A stretch of 64,000 nucleotides of DNA from a virus (lineage: Duplodnaviria; Caudoviricetes), in IMG/VR virus record IMGVR_UViG_3300028534_000023, positions 1 to 64,000 of that record, one strand, 5' to 3'. Position numbers and translations under genes: made by a program. The notes under the pieces are model-generated. The model was given only the letters and a program-made list of their open reading frames with translations. It did not search any database and was not told the origin of the DNA. Positions 17,521-27,447 of this stretch are shown in pieces; position 1 is the stretch's first letter; the number at the start of each line of letters is the position of its first letter.

Positions 17521-18015
17521 ATGAATTTATTAAATCAGATGGCTCAGTCTTATGAAGGAGCTGAAGAAAGATCGGTATATATTATGAAAGTTAAATTTCG
17601 TAAAGGTAAAAGTTATAAAGTACTATACAAAATAGGAATAGCTAAAGATGCTCCAAAAAGAGCTAGTCAAATATTATTGAGCTTTTTTCAAAAAAGAAGA
17701 TATTTTCCAGAACTTCAAATATTAAGATTTAGAAAAATAGCTAACTATTTTGAAATTGAGACTAAACTACATCAGATATACGCTGAGTATAGATACGATT
17801 TTAAAAAATTGCAGTTCGATGGTTCGAATGAGTTCTTTGACGTAAATGAAAACAAACTGCTAGAACTGTATGATGAAATTATACCTACTAAGAAAAATAA
17901 AATGTATGTAGCTAAGTTACCAGAATGGGCTTATTTAGACGAAGAGAAAGAGCAAATAAGTAACGAAGCAATACAAGAAGACTCAGATGGGTACGTTATT
18001 AACATGCATAATTAA
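17521..18015 (+). CDS. T5orf172/MUG113 (GIY-YIG-like) domain protein
   Basis: YKIGIAKDAPKR...IETKLH...FDGSNEFF; TATAAT at 17510-17515. Confidence 0.85.
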   Translation: MNLLNQMAQSYEGAEERSVYIMKVKFRKGKSYKVLYKIGIAKDAPKRASQILLSFFQKRRYFPELQILRFRKIANYFEIETKLHQIYAEYRYDFKKLQFDGSNEFFDVNENKLLELYDEIIPTKKNKMYVAKLPEWAYLDEEKEQISNEAIQEDSDGYVINMHN

Positions 18016-18030
18016 AATACTTTGTGTTTT

Positions 18031-18843
18031 TTAAAATGTAAATCCTAAAACTTCGATATCTTTTCTAAAATCTTCTATCAATTTTGGTAATCTTGCTTTT
18101 AAAAGCTCTTCGTTTTGTAATTGTTTAAGTGTAGCATCTTCCCATACTGCAGACTTTCTAGCTGCAGTTAAGTTCGGTTCAATTGCTTCACACCATTTAA
18201 TAGGAATTTTTATAAATTCGTATTCATATGTTCTTAGCGCTTCTAAAAATTCTTCTGCTTCTCTTAAACTATTAAACGGTGCTTTATACCATTTACTACT
18301 TTCGTTATCTTTTATAAACCCTGTTAATGAATATCTATCTGAATAAGTACAATTATTATTTCCATCGTATTTTATTGGTTTCGCTTCTATGTTATAAAAA
18401 TCACCCACACTGTTAAGATATTTCCAAAACCCTTTAGCCTGTTCTTTAAATGTAAATGGTGCTTTTTTAAATTTTAGTCTTGTGTCCCATTTTACAGCTT
18501 CTCCTATCTCTTTGCCTTGATGTGTTCTGTCTCTTGAATGGTAAAGTGTATTTGCTATATAGTGCATAGGTCCATCACTATTCATAAAATGCCATTTAAT
18601 AAGATGCTTAAATTCAGGATAGTATTTAACTATTTCTTCGTGGATACATCCACAAGTTAAAAGATGTTTGTCTGCTCTTGATGTTGGGTGTTCATAAAGA
18701 CTCCCTGTTATTGTAAATGTATTATGCCCATTCCTGCAGTTATCATCATATCTTATTTCAACCTCTATTCTCCCTCTTGCACCATCTACCATAACTTGCT
18801 TTGAAAACACTTTTTTTTGATCTCGTGTTAAAATTGATTTCAT
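18031..18843 (-). CDS. Conserved hypothetical phage protein
   Basis: IRYDDNCRNGHNTFTITG...CGCIHEEI...LIKWH...GPMHYIAN; SD AAGGAG. Confidence 0.8.
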   Translation of the reverse strand: MKSILTRDQKKVFSKQVMVDGARGRIEVEIRYDDNCRNGHNTFTITGSLYEHPTSRADKHLLTCGCIHEEIVKYYPEFKHLIKWHFMNSDGPMHYIANTLYHSRDRTHQGKEIGEAVKWDTRLKFKKAPFTFKEQAKGFWKYLNSVGDFYNIEAKPIKYDGNNNCTYSDRYSLTGFIKDNESSKWYKAPFNSLREAEEFLEALRTYEYEFIKIPIKWCEAIEPNLTAARKSAVWEDATLKQLQNEELLKARLPKLIEDFRKDIEVLGFTF

Positions 18844-18933
18844 ATTTAACTCCTTTTATTTTAGTTTTTTGTTTATCTGTAACCTATCTAGTATACCTAA
18901 GTTAAAATTTATGCAGTTACTGTGCAGTATATG

Positions 18934-19431
18934 CTATTCTAGTATACAACCTTCTATATGTTGATAACGGACTTTACGGTAGATTTCAATTCTAGTGTCT
19001 TTGTCCGAAAGTTGTTCTCTGGTGTGAGTGAGTTGTATTATTGAATGAATAGTATGGAATATAGATATATCTTGAGATTCTTTATACAACATAATGTTTA
19101 TTTTAGGTTCATAAAATATATTATTGATTTCATATATATCGATACACTTATGTCCACACGCTGAACCTCTGTAGCTTTTTTTGTTTGTACATGTATTTTT
19201 AAGATAGGTATTGTTAGCTTTAAGAAATTCGCGTAATTGTTTAGTGTCATTTATAATTATATCGTAGTCTGATTTGTCAGAATCTACTGTCAGTTAGTAT
19301 TCCACCGAAGTCATTTATGAGTACATTTCTAAGTAATTTCATACAATATCATAAATGTTTGTACATATGAGTATATGATTCATTATAGTTCTATATTTTG
19401 TCGTTTTCTGTAGAATGTTTGATCTAAACAT
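18934..19431 (-). pseudogene. 165-codon frame with in-frame TGA, TAA, TAA
   Basis: ATG overlaps the GIY-YIG stop, SD AAGGA; stops at 19339-41, 19315-17, 19294-96, then 119 open codons. Confidence 0.55.
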
Positions 19432-19972
19432 ATTGTTGTATTCCTTTTAGTATATTATCAATAAAGTATTTACCTGCTATGTTTTTGTTTATGTAGGTTG
19501 GTTTAGTCAAGGCATCTGTTTTGTGTAGGTAATTCTCTTCTAAATATGTCAGAGAAATAAGATTGTGTGCTACAGATAAGATTCGTTTAGATATTATTGT
19601 ATATCCAGCCAAATCTTTACTAGACCCTGTATATGACCTCCAATTAGATTCTGTGTATGTTACGTCGAACGGAGTACGCTCTGCTTTTATACCTTGCTTG
19701 CGTGCTAAGGCTTTGTCTTTTTTAGAGACTGCTATTTTACCATCTATTGTTATTACGTTTTTGTATATACGTTCTGAATTAGGACGAAGTTCTCCTGATT
19801 TAAGAGCAGGGAGAGTTTTCTTTGAGTATAGTCGTTTTTTACCTATATATAAGTATGTTTTGTTATTTTTAGTTGCCGTAATCTCGTACACAAAACCGTA
19901 TGGATTGGCTATGCCGGATTGTTGTTTTATATCGTCTATCGATGTAACTGGTTTGTGTAATGTCCAATACAT
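19424..19972 (-). CDS. GIY-YIG family nuclease
   Basis: YGFVYEIT...YIGKK...ESNWRSYTGSS...LTYLEE...YINKNI. Confidence 0.85.
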   Translation of the reverse strand: MYWTLHKPVTSIDDIKQQSGIANPYGFVYEITATKNNKTYLYIGKKRLYSKKTLPALKSGELRPNSERIYKNVITIDGKIAVSKKDKALARKQGIKAERTPFDVTYTESNWRSYTGSSKDLAGYTIISKRILSVAHNLISLTYLEENYLHKTDALTKPTYINKNIAGKYFIDNILKGIQQYV

Positions 19973-20054
19973 TTTTATACATCCTTTTTAAAAGTAAATA
20001 TATATATATTTAACAGTTAATTAGCTTATATTTTTATTTTATATTGTATCTAAA

Positions 20055-20525
20055 TTATCTATCAGGTAATCCTTCACTTATTAACATTAGCGTATAAAAT
20101 TTTTCGTGTAGAGGTATGTTGAATTTTTGTGATATAAATTTCATAGTACTAAGTAATTCTCGTATTTGTCGTTTATATGAACGTTTTCTAGCTCTTTTAT
20201 GAATATTTATTAAATGTTTTACGTTATGTAAATATTCGTCTAAGACTTTTTCTGCAATAAATGGATGTATATATTTAGCATATAATATAGTACCATCATA
20301 CGTATCTTTTAATATTTTAAGTTGTCTGTTTGTAGTTACACTTAAACAGTTATGTGACGTAATTGCTAAAAAGTCGTTGTATAGCACTGCTACTAAAGTA
20401 TTATACGAATACAGTACGTTGCCTTCAAAGTGTAATCTATTATTTGCTGTAGTACCTTCTGTATATTTATGTGACAAATAAGCTGACAACAGTCCACGAT
20501 AATCGTATGATGACCTGTATTGCAT
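20055..20525 (-). CDS. Hypothetical phage protein
   Basis: 156-aa ORF, SD AAGGA. Confidence 0.75.
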   Translation of the reverse strand: MQYRSSYDYRGLLSAYLSHKYTEGTTANNRLHFEGNVLYSYNTLVAVLYNDFLAITSHNCLSVTTNRQLKILKDTYDGTILYAKYIHPFIAEKVLDEYLHNVKHLINIHKRARKRSYKRQIRELLSTMKFISQKFNIPLHEKFYTLMLISEGLPDR

Positions 20526-20607
20526 AGTTTATCCTTAGTTTATTTTGTAAAAGTTGTTTTATATTTGATTATTTGAATACATTTGTTTTCAACTGACTTT
20601 TAAGTTG

Positions 20608-20889
20608 TTAATCTACTTTTTTCATACTCTCTATGTCAAAAATATTATACACTTTTGTATCACCGAATACGTTGCTTTTATATCTAAAATCAAATATACC
20701 GTGATTCTCTATAGCTATTCTAAACTCGTTATCTAATAACGGTTCTAACTCTTTTTCTATATAACTTAACAAATAATTGTGACTGGTAGCTCCGTCTTCA
20801 CACAAGCTATTCGTATCAGGCACTGTGTTATAGCAATGTAACAATGCTTCTATCAGTAAATCGTTATCTTTATAAGTTAGAGTTTTCAT
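20608..20889 (-). CDS. Hypothetical protein
   Basis: 93-aa ORF abutting the thyX stop. Confidence 0.7.
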   Translation of the reverse strand: MKTLTYKDNDLLIEALLHCYNTVPDTNSLCEDGATSHNYLLSYIEKELEPLLDNEFRIAIENHGIFDFRYKSNVFGDTKVYNIFDIESMKKVD

Positions 20890-21747
20890 TCAGCTGTCCT
20901 TGATTATTAGGTTTAAATATTTTTGTGGAGTTGCATTTTTAATTTGTTTAGCAGTTTCTCTCATTAGGAAGTAAGCAGCTCCAGAATCTCTTAAAGTTAA
21001 AAAATTTTTAAGCGATCGTAAGTTAATTGTAACTACTGCATCCACTTTCCAGTTATCTGTGACGATATGTTTGGCTGCATCTCCAACATTACGCTTTTGC
21101 TTAGATACTTCTAATGCTTTGAATATATTTTCTGGAGTTGATTGTTCTAGTGCACCATTGGTTCTCATATCTTTGGATGTGAATGTGTTTAGGAACTCTT
21201 CACGTCCTAGTAAATTATACTGATGCATTAATTTATGATAGATCATAGAATGTTCTATTCCATTATACTCGCCAGCAGTGACTAAGTAATCAATGTTTTT
21301 ATCAAGGAATATAGAAAATTCTTCTACATTTGAGCAAGCTTCCCTACTAGGAAGATGTGCTATGAATGCATTTATAATGCCTCCCATTGTGTATCTAGTT
21401 GACTGTACTGATGGTGATACCATCCTATGACGAGCCAGCTCTTGTAGTACACCTCTACTCATACCTCTTATATTGTACTGCAATACGGCATGTTCTAATA
21501 TCGAGTAGTGAAAATAAGTCCAAGATAAATCATCAAGTAGGTTTGAATGTTCTATATCGTTAACTTCTAAAATATCGTCGTTAGACAGCTCAGGTTCGAT
21601 GTTTAATCTACGTATGGCTTTGTTCTCACTATTATCGAACGAGTTATAACACGTTCTTGCTCCGAACTCTGCTACGCCTAGCCCTGTTTCATTCAATAAG
21701 TATACTTGTGGTAAAGTATATTCAATACCTGCTACAATTGTTGTCAT
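20890..21747 (-). CDS. thyX: Flavin-dependent thymidylate synthase
   Basis: HYSILEH, SRGVLQELARHRMVSPSVQSTRY (RHRX7S), TINLRSLKNFLTLR. Confidence 0.96.
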   Translation of the reverse strand: MTTIVAGIEYTLPQVYLLNETGLGVAEFGARTCYNSFDNSENKAIRRLNIEPELSNDDILEVNDIEHSNLLDDLSWTYFHYSILEHAVLQYNIRGMSRGVLQELARHRMVSPSVQSTRYTMGGIINAFIAHLPSREACSNVEEFSIFLDKNIDYLVTAGEYNGIEHSMIYHKLMHQYNLLGREEFLNTFTSKDMRTNGALEQSTPENIFKALEVSKQKRNVGDAAKHIVTDNWKVDAVVTINLRSLKNFLTLRDSGAAYFLMRETAKQIKNATPQKYLNLIIKDS

Positions 21748-21786
21748 TACTGTTCCTTGTATATAAATATATTTAGTTTACTGTAG

Positions 21787-22383
21787 TTATTGATGTTCTT
21801 TTGAATAGTGTAATACTAAGTCACATGTTTTTCTAACTTTTTCTACATTTTCAAACGATTGTATTTTACTCATTGCAGTATCTGCGTAATATTTTAATAG
21901 AGTATTATTTGTGTGTTGCTGCAAATCAAAAATACACCTACATGCTATATTTATATGACAATCTTCAAAATTGTTATATTTGTTACGTACATGAATTTTT
22001 GGCACATTAACAAAATTTAGTTCTCTATTACCATATTCAACAATAAAATCAAAAAATATGTCATAGTTTATTAATATTTGTTCGTCGCATTTGTTAAATA
22101 TATCTTCTATTAAAGGTATAGATTTTTCTTCTATATTCAAAAATATTGTATTTCTAAATATATAAAGTAAATCTACTTTTCTTTCTGTACTTATCAAAGA
22201 ATTATCTACTTTCATGTAGTACGTATGTAATGCTTTTATATTATTATACAGACTCGTATGTTTTTTGATTACTAAACTGTCTAGTGCGTCTATAGCATTA
22301 TATAACATACTTTTTAACTCGTTTATAGTTACTGACGGTTTATTAGCAAGTTTTATAAAATTGATAAGTTGATCGTCTTTCAT
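21787..22383 (-). CDS. Hypothetical protein
   Basis: 198-aa ORF, SD AAGGA. Confidence 0.75.
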   Translation of the reverse strand: MKDDQLINFIKLANKPSVTINELKSMLYNAIDALDSLVIKKHTSLYNNIKALHTYYMKVDNSLISTERKVDLLYIFRNTIFLNIEEKSIPLIEDIFNKCDEQILINYDIFFDFIVEYGNRELNFVNVPKIHVRNKYNNFEDCHINIACRCIFDLQQHTNNTLLKYYADTAMSKIQSFENVEKVRKTCDLVLHYSKEHQ

Positions 22384-22508
22384 GTAAATCCTTTGTAGAC
22401 ATTGTTAATTTTTCTAATTTGTTTGTATGTACTTTTGGTAGTTATTTTAAATATCAGTATTATAGTTTATACACCCCATGCTCGATAAAACAGTTATCTT
22501 ATTGCCAT
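22380..22508 (-). pseudogene. 42-codon ORF with two in-frame TAA, overlapping both neighbours
   Basis: TAATG overlap at start, ATGA overlap at end; MAIR*LFYRAWGV*TIILIFKITTKSTYKQIRKINNVYKGFT. Confidence 0.65.
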
Positions 22509-23200
22509 TACTTAGTTCTTATTTTAGTTTTTAAATTTTTTAAAGCTTGTTGTGTATATTCTATTTCTTGCGTATGGTCAATCGTACTTTTATCTATATT
22601 TAACATATTTTGCAAAATATCTATTATAGTATTGTTTTTATTTGCTTTGATATGTATTTTCAGTTTTTCTAAGTACAACCATTTGTTATAATTAGCTGTA
22701 CTGCTTCGACGTGTAGCGTTTTTAGTTTTAAACATATCTGTATCTAAAACAGGTGTTCTAGGTATGTTTATTAAAAATGTCTCATAGTCTATGTTTAATG
22801 TTTTGTCTTTTACTGTTAAGCATAGTATTTTTAAATCTTTAGCAAAGCAGTAACTATCTCTATATACATTTTTTTGTATTGTTAGTGGATAATACTCAAA
22901 AAGTACTTTAAGTTTTTCATAAGAAATATTATAGTTATCTATATTTGTGAAAAATAAGTTTGAAATATATTCTACAGTATTTTCTACTCGTCTTGGCAAT
23001 GCTGCTTTTGATTTACTTGTAAATAGTTTGTATGCTTTTGTCAATACTATAAATCTGAAATATATATCATCGAAATCGCTGTTACGAGAATTTTTATATT
23101 TAAGTAATTCTACATTTGTGTCTATGACTTCTTTTAAATACTTTATAGTAGATTTCTCACTTAGTGAGTCTTTTGTAATTATAAATGTTAATTCATTCAT
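22508..23200 (-). CDS. Hypothetical protein
   Basis: 230-aa ORF. Confidence 0.75.
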   Translation of the reverse strand: MNELTFIITKDSLSEKSTIKYLKEVIDTNVELLKYKNSRNSDFDDIYFRFIVLTKAYKLFTSKSKAALPRRVENTVEYISNLFFTNIDNYNISYEKLKVLFEYYPLTIQKNVYRDSYCFAKDLKILCLTVKDKTLNIDYETFLINIPRTPVLDTDMFKTKNATRRSSTANYNKWLYLEKLKIHIKANKNNTIIDILQNMLNIDKSTIDHTQEIEYTQQALKNLKTKIRTK

Positions 23201-23267
23201 TTTATACCACCCTGTTCTATATATATAGTGTTTGTACTATTATAATTAAGTACGTGATTCATATGTT

Positions 23268-24668
23268 TTATGGTAATTGTATATTTTTACCACCAAATAT
23301 AGTAGTATCTATCTCTCTACAGTTTGAAGGAGCTAGCCAGAATGTTGCGATATGTTTAAGAGTTTTTTTATATTTTGGAAATTCTGTTTCTATATCTGAG
23401 TACATATCTGACATACATATATAAATATATTTTTCTGGATTTTTTATTTTCATATCAGTAATGAACTTAAAAACTTTTGCGTGTGATGTACCACCTTTTA
23501 CGTAACGAGTGCCTACCATGTTTTTAATGTCATTTTTTGATACGTTTTCAATATTTTTTGTATTATTAGTATATACCAAATCTACATCATGGATAAGTAC
23601 TGTAAGTTCATTTATACGATGTTTGTTTTGTTGTACAATACCGTATACTTTAGCCATATCTTCTATGTGCATAGACCCAGATTGGTCAATAGATATAATA
23701 ATATTTACTTTATTGTCATAATATTCATTTGAAGGAGCATTAAATATATTACGATAAGTGTTAGATAGACGTTTCCACGTTTTAGCGAATTTTGTTGTTT
23801 TACGATGTGTCACAGAATTAAATTCAATTTTAAAGTCATCTAACCAGTATGTATTTACTTTAACTGCTTCAAAAGATTCAAGTATGGTATCTGCACCATG
23901 TACACCTTTTCCGTTCGAACGAATTACATCAAGTAAAGTTGTTGACATATTAGCTACTACGACGTTAATTTCACGTGTTTTATGTGCATCAATAGATGTT
24001 GGTGTATGGTATGTAAAACCGTTTATTTTTAATGTTACAAATCTTTTATTGTTAAAATACGCTGTAGGTTGAGGTGTATTTGAAGCAAGATCTTTTAATA
24101 TATCTATGTCTATATGTAAATTTTTGCGTGGCATAGGTACTACAGTTTTTATCTTTTCCCACTCTTTTTTAAATGCAGATTGTTTAAATAGTTTTTCCAT
24201 AAATTTATTTATAGTCATATCACATGTCAATTTTATAATAATATGAGGATCTTTTTGCGTAGGTATCGCTCTAATCATCATAGTTTGGTATTCTGCAGTA
24301 TAATGTTTACGTATAATATGTTGTACTTCTTTTATATAATAATAAGAAGCTAGTACATAATGTTTTTTTACTAGTTTTAACATACGTTTAAGATATTTTT
24401 CTTCTTTGTATAAAAAAGTAAATACTATTTCAGGGGTTTTAGTAAAGTCTGTTCTTACTACTAAGTTATTGAATAAATCATCAAAGCCTAGTTTTTCAAC
24501 TTGAATACTTTTCTCGTATTGAAATGCTTCAACTCTTATAGGGAGTTTTATAAACAACCCAATAGATAAAAATGCAGTTTTACTAGCTCCCATAAGTTGG
24601 TTATTTGCTGTTACTAGCTGTTTTTGCAGCTCGTTTGTCATCTTATTGATAAACTCATTGTGTTTCAT
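23268..24668 (-). CDS. vWA-domain protein (N4 gp25-like)
   Basis: MIDAS IDQSGS, GGTS, CMSD. Confidence 0.85.
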   Translation of the reverse strand: MKHNEFINKMTNELQKQLVTANNQLMGASKTAFLSIGLFIKLPIRVEAFQYEKSIQVEKLGFDDLFNNLVVRTDFTKTPEIVFTFLYKEEKYLKRMLKLVKKHYVLASYYYIKEVQHIIRKHYTAEYQTMMIRAIPTQKDPHIIIKLTCDMTINKFMEKLFKQSAFKKEWEKIKTVVPMPRKNLHIDIDILKDLASNTPQPTAYFNNKRFVTLKINGFTYHTPTSIDAHKTREINVVVANMSTTLLDVIRSNGKGVHGADTILESFEAVKVNTYWLDDFKIEFNSVTHRKTTKFAKTWKRLSNTYRNIFNAPSNEYYDNKVNIIISIDQSGSMHIEDMAKVYGIVQQNKHRINELTVLIHDVDLVYTNNTKNIENVSKNDIKNMVGTRYVKGGTSHAKVFKFITDMKIKNPEKYIYICMSDMYSDIETEFPKYKKTLKHIATFWLAPSNCREIDTTIFGGKNIQLP

Positions 24669-24678
24669 AACATTTCCT

Positions 24679-25845
24679 TTAAAGTAGATAATTACTAAAT
24701 ATACGTAAAATTTCTTTTCGTTTAGTTAGTGGTGTTTTTTTAAACATGTTTAATTGTTCTCTTGTGAGCGCAAACTCATTTAACGGTTTGTCCATAATAA
24801 TATTAATCAATATCTGTATTCCTTTTGTTATTGGAAGCCTTGCATTCTTACGTTGATACATAGTTACAAGCGTTGAAGCAAAAAATCCGATAAAGTTATC
24901 GCATAGATAGTTATGGTCTAAAAATTTTATCATAAATATAGTATCTTCAGGTGTTTCAATAGAAGATAGAATGTTTCCGTATAGTACCTGGTCCAGGAAA
25001 GGTCTGTCGGCTACAGTAAAAATATTGTGTGTTTTTATATCTGACTCGAAGTTAAGTTTGTGTAAATACTCTACATGTTCAGCAAATTCTACAGCTGTTT
25101 TAGTAGACATAAACCCTTTTGCAATGAGTAATGGATCTTGTTCTAAAATACCTTTAGGCAGATTGTATAAACATGTTGATAAATATTCCCAAGTTCTTGG
25201 AGTCGCATAAGGTGAAATAGTAGATTCATTTTCTTGTACTTTATCTAATTTGTTTTTAATAAATGAAGATACTTTTGGGTGAAATTTTGAAGCTATGTTT
25301 ACATACCAGTCTTCTACGTTAAACGGTATTTCTAGCCATTGTAAACGATTGATTATAGGTGACGGAAACCCTTCAAACCCTGCTTCAGATGAATTGTTAG
25401 CAGTACATACTATAGCTACTGAATCATGTAATTTATATTGTTTAAGCTTTCGTTCTAATAATAATTCATACATCGCTGTTGTTGTAGCTAAAGGCATTGC
25501 ATGTAAGTCATCAAGTAGGATCACCGTAGGTGTTTTTTCTGCTAGTCTGTTTGCTTGTAAGATAAGTTCTGGAACAGACCACTGAGTCCCTGTTATAGGT
25601 CCATCAATTTCGGCGCTTGAATATTTATTGAAATTTTTTATTTCGGTAAATTCTGGTATTCCACTAGCTTCTTCTAGTGTAAATGTAGCAGCGCTCACAT
25701 CTACAATAGCATATTCTAAATTTTTTACTAAGTTTCGTATGATAGTACTTTTGCCTATTCCAGGTAAGCCTAAACATACAATAGGAGCAGTTAATTCCCC
25801 TGTTAGCTGTGATTTTATATTTGTTTCTATGATTGTTTTAATCAT
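24679..25845 (-). CDS. AAA+ ATPase (MoxR/AAA_5-like, N4 gp24-like)
   Basis: GLPGIGKS, ILLDDL, CTAN, NRL, TPRTWE. Confidence 0.9.
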   Translation of the reverse strand: MIKTIIETNIKSQLTGELTAPIVCLGLPGIGKSTIIRNLVKNLEYAIVDVSAATFTLEEASGIPEFTEIKNFNKYSSAEIDGPITGTQWSVPELILQANRLAEKTPTVILLDDLHAMPLATTTAMYELLLERKLKQYKLHDSVAIVCTANNSSEAGFEGFPSPIINRLQWLEIPFNVEDWYVNIASKFHPKVSSFIKNKLDKVQENESTISPYATPRTWEYLSTCLYNLPKGILEQDPLLIAKGFMSTKTAVEFAEHVEYLHKLNFESDIKTHNIFTVADRPFLDQVLYGNILSSIETPEDTIFMIKFLDHNYLCDNFIGFFASTLVTMYQRKNARLPITKGIQILINIIMDKPLNEFALTREQLNMFKKTPLTKRKEILRIFSNYLL

Positions 25846-25857
25846 TTTTATTCCTTT

Positions 25858-26070
25858 CTATGCATAAATATCTAATATAACTCTTTTTAATCTTTTTTGT
25901 TTCAACATCTCAATAACTGTTTTTAGCCCATCTGCTTGTTTTTTACAGATTTTTAACTCTCTTTCTGCTTTCTGCATCCTCTGTATAACTTTTTGAAGTT
26001 GTAGAGCACTTACTGTCACTTCGTATTCTTCTTTGTAGAGTCCAGTTAATATGTCTTGCGCAGTAATCAT
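25858..26070 (-). CDS. Hypothetical coiled-coil protein
   Basis: 70-aa ORF with SD. Confidence 0.65.
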   Translation of the reverse strand: MITAQDILTGLYKEEYEVTVSALQLQKVIQRMQKAERELKICKKQADGLKTVIEMLKQKRLKRVILDIYA

Positions 26071-26098
26071 TTTTAACCCCTATTTTTGAAGTAGCAGT

Positions 26099-26536
26099 CT
26101 ATTTTAATGCAAAATCATGCATTTTACTGTTTTGTATATTTAAAAAAGTGTTAAGTATTGTTCTGGATTCTTTAATTGTATTTTTTTGTATGTTTTCATC
26201 AGATATTTTTATAACTACTTTAAATATGTCATCTAAAATAGTTTCTCCGAATGTGTCGATAAATATTTGTTTTTTGTCTAATGTTAACATATCTATAAAA
26301 TCTGCTGGTAGTAGTTTAGCATCGTCAGCAAATTGTTGTAGCGTTTCTGTCCATGCTTCGTTTGTAATATTTACTGCAACTAATCTAACTTTTTTTGATT
26401 GTTTTGTTACAAATTTGTTTAATTTTTGTTTTAACTTTATAACAGTGCTATACGTATGGATTTTTTTATTAGGTACTAAATTTAACATAAACAATAACAT
26501 ACTGATATGACTAAGTGTTTCTACATTATTTTTCAT
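26099..26536 (-). CDS. Hypothetical protein
   Basis: 145-aa ORF overlapping the upstream stop. Confidence 0.7.
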   Translation of the reverse strand: MKNNVETLSHISMLLFMLNLVPNKKIHTYSTVIKLKQKLNKFVTKQSKKVRLVAVNITNEAWTETLQQFADDAKLLPADFIDMLTLDKKQIFIDTFGETILDDIFKVVIKISDENIQKNTIKESRTILNTFLNIQNSKMHDFALK

Positions 26537-26864
26537 TATTAGTTTCCTTACTTATAAATTTTTGTAGTGTATATACATCTTTTATTGCTTTATCATAAGC
26601 TTTTAGATGTATTGCTCTTTTGTTACTCCCTGTAAATTTAGCTCCATTCATTGATGGTAGTTTTTGTTCTTGCAATTTATTTATAGCGTCTACATAATCA
26701 AAATATTTAATTAACTGTCTTGTTGCTATCCCTGCTTTATTTATCCCTATTTTTGTTTTAAATCTATTTTTTGTACCGATTCTGGTTAAAATGTTAAATA
26801 ATGAATTTGATCTTTTATATCCTAGACAGTCTTTAATGTCTTTTTTACAAAATTCGATATTCAT
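26526..26864 (-). CDS. Hypothetical basic protein
   Basis: 112-aa ORF, SD AAGGA. Confidence 0.7.
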   Translation of the reverse strand: MNIEFCKKDIKDCLGYKRSNSLFNILTRIGTKNRFKTKIGINKAGIATRQLIKYFDYVDAINKLQEQKLPSMNGAKFTGSNKRAIHLKAYDKAIKDVYTLQKFISKETNNEK

Positions 26865-26879
26865 ATACGTATCCTTTGT

Positions 26880-27068
26880 TTATAGCATTACAAGCTTATA
26901 ATTTACTACTAAGTATGGTGATTTAGGTACTTCTACAGTTACTTTAAATACGTTGTTAACAGAATTAGTATAATTGGCTATAATTCTACTTATTTCGTAT
27001 ACAGAGTATTTTGTAAGATCGATGAATTTTTCATCTTTTGATATTTTGTTAGTTACTTTCAGTACCAT
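26880..27068 (-). CDS. Hypothetical protein
   Basis: 62-aa ORF, SD AGGA. Confidence 0.6.
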   Translation of the reverse strand: MVLKVTNKISKDEKFIDLTKYSVYEISRIIANYTNSVNNVFKVTVEVPKSPYLVVNYKLVML

Positions 27069-27077
27069 AAGAAATTC

Positions 27078-27437
27078 CTAATACTTTGCTATTTTTTCTT
27101 CTATCAATCTGTAAGCAGCTTTAGCTACATCCTCATCTACGAAATAGTTTTTTATATAATTTTTTAAGTCGTTTTTGCATCTAGTTAATCCATTCAATAC
27201 ACTGAAATTAAATGTAGCATAAGCATTATAGATAAACCATAATCTAAACTTCAGTTCAATGATGTCTGACTTAAATTCTGTTTTATTCAAATTTTCTATA
27301 AAGACAGGTATTTCTCCTGTTTTAGGTATAGCCTTTAATTCAGCTATTGTTTTTACTATATAAAATTTTTTGTTACGTGCATTATATGCAGCGCAGTCTG
27401 CGATAAGATCTATTGCCATTCTTTCTGTTTTATTCAT
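27078..27437 (-). CDS. Hypothetical protein
   Basis: 119-aa ORF, SD AAGGA. Confidence 0.7.
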   Translation of the reverse strand: MNKTERMAIDLIADCAAYNARNKKFYIVKTIAELKAIPKTGEIPVFIENLNKTEFKSDIIELKFRLWFIYNAYATFNFSVLNGLTRCKNDLKNYIKNYFVDEDVAKAAYRLIEEKIAKY

Positions 27438-27447
27438 TATTATATCC

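Noticed and set aside
19975-20610. TAA read-through extensions of 20608..20889 and 20055..20525
   Set aside because: They read plausibly with E but would run far into the next gene out of frame; AT-rich spacers look like this by chance
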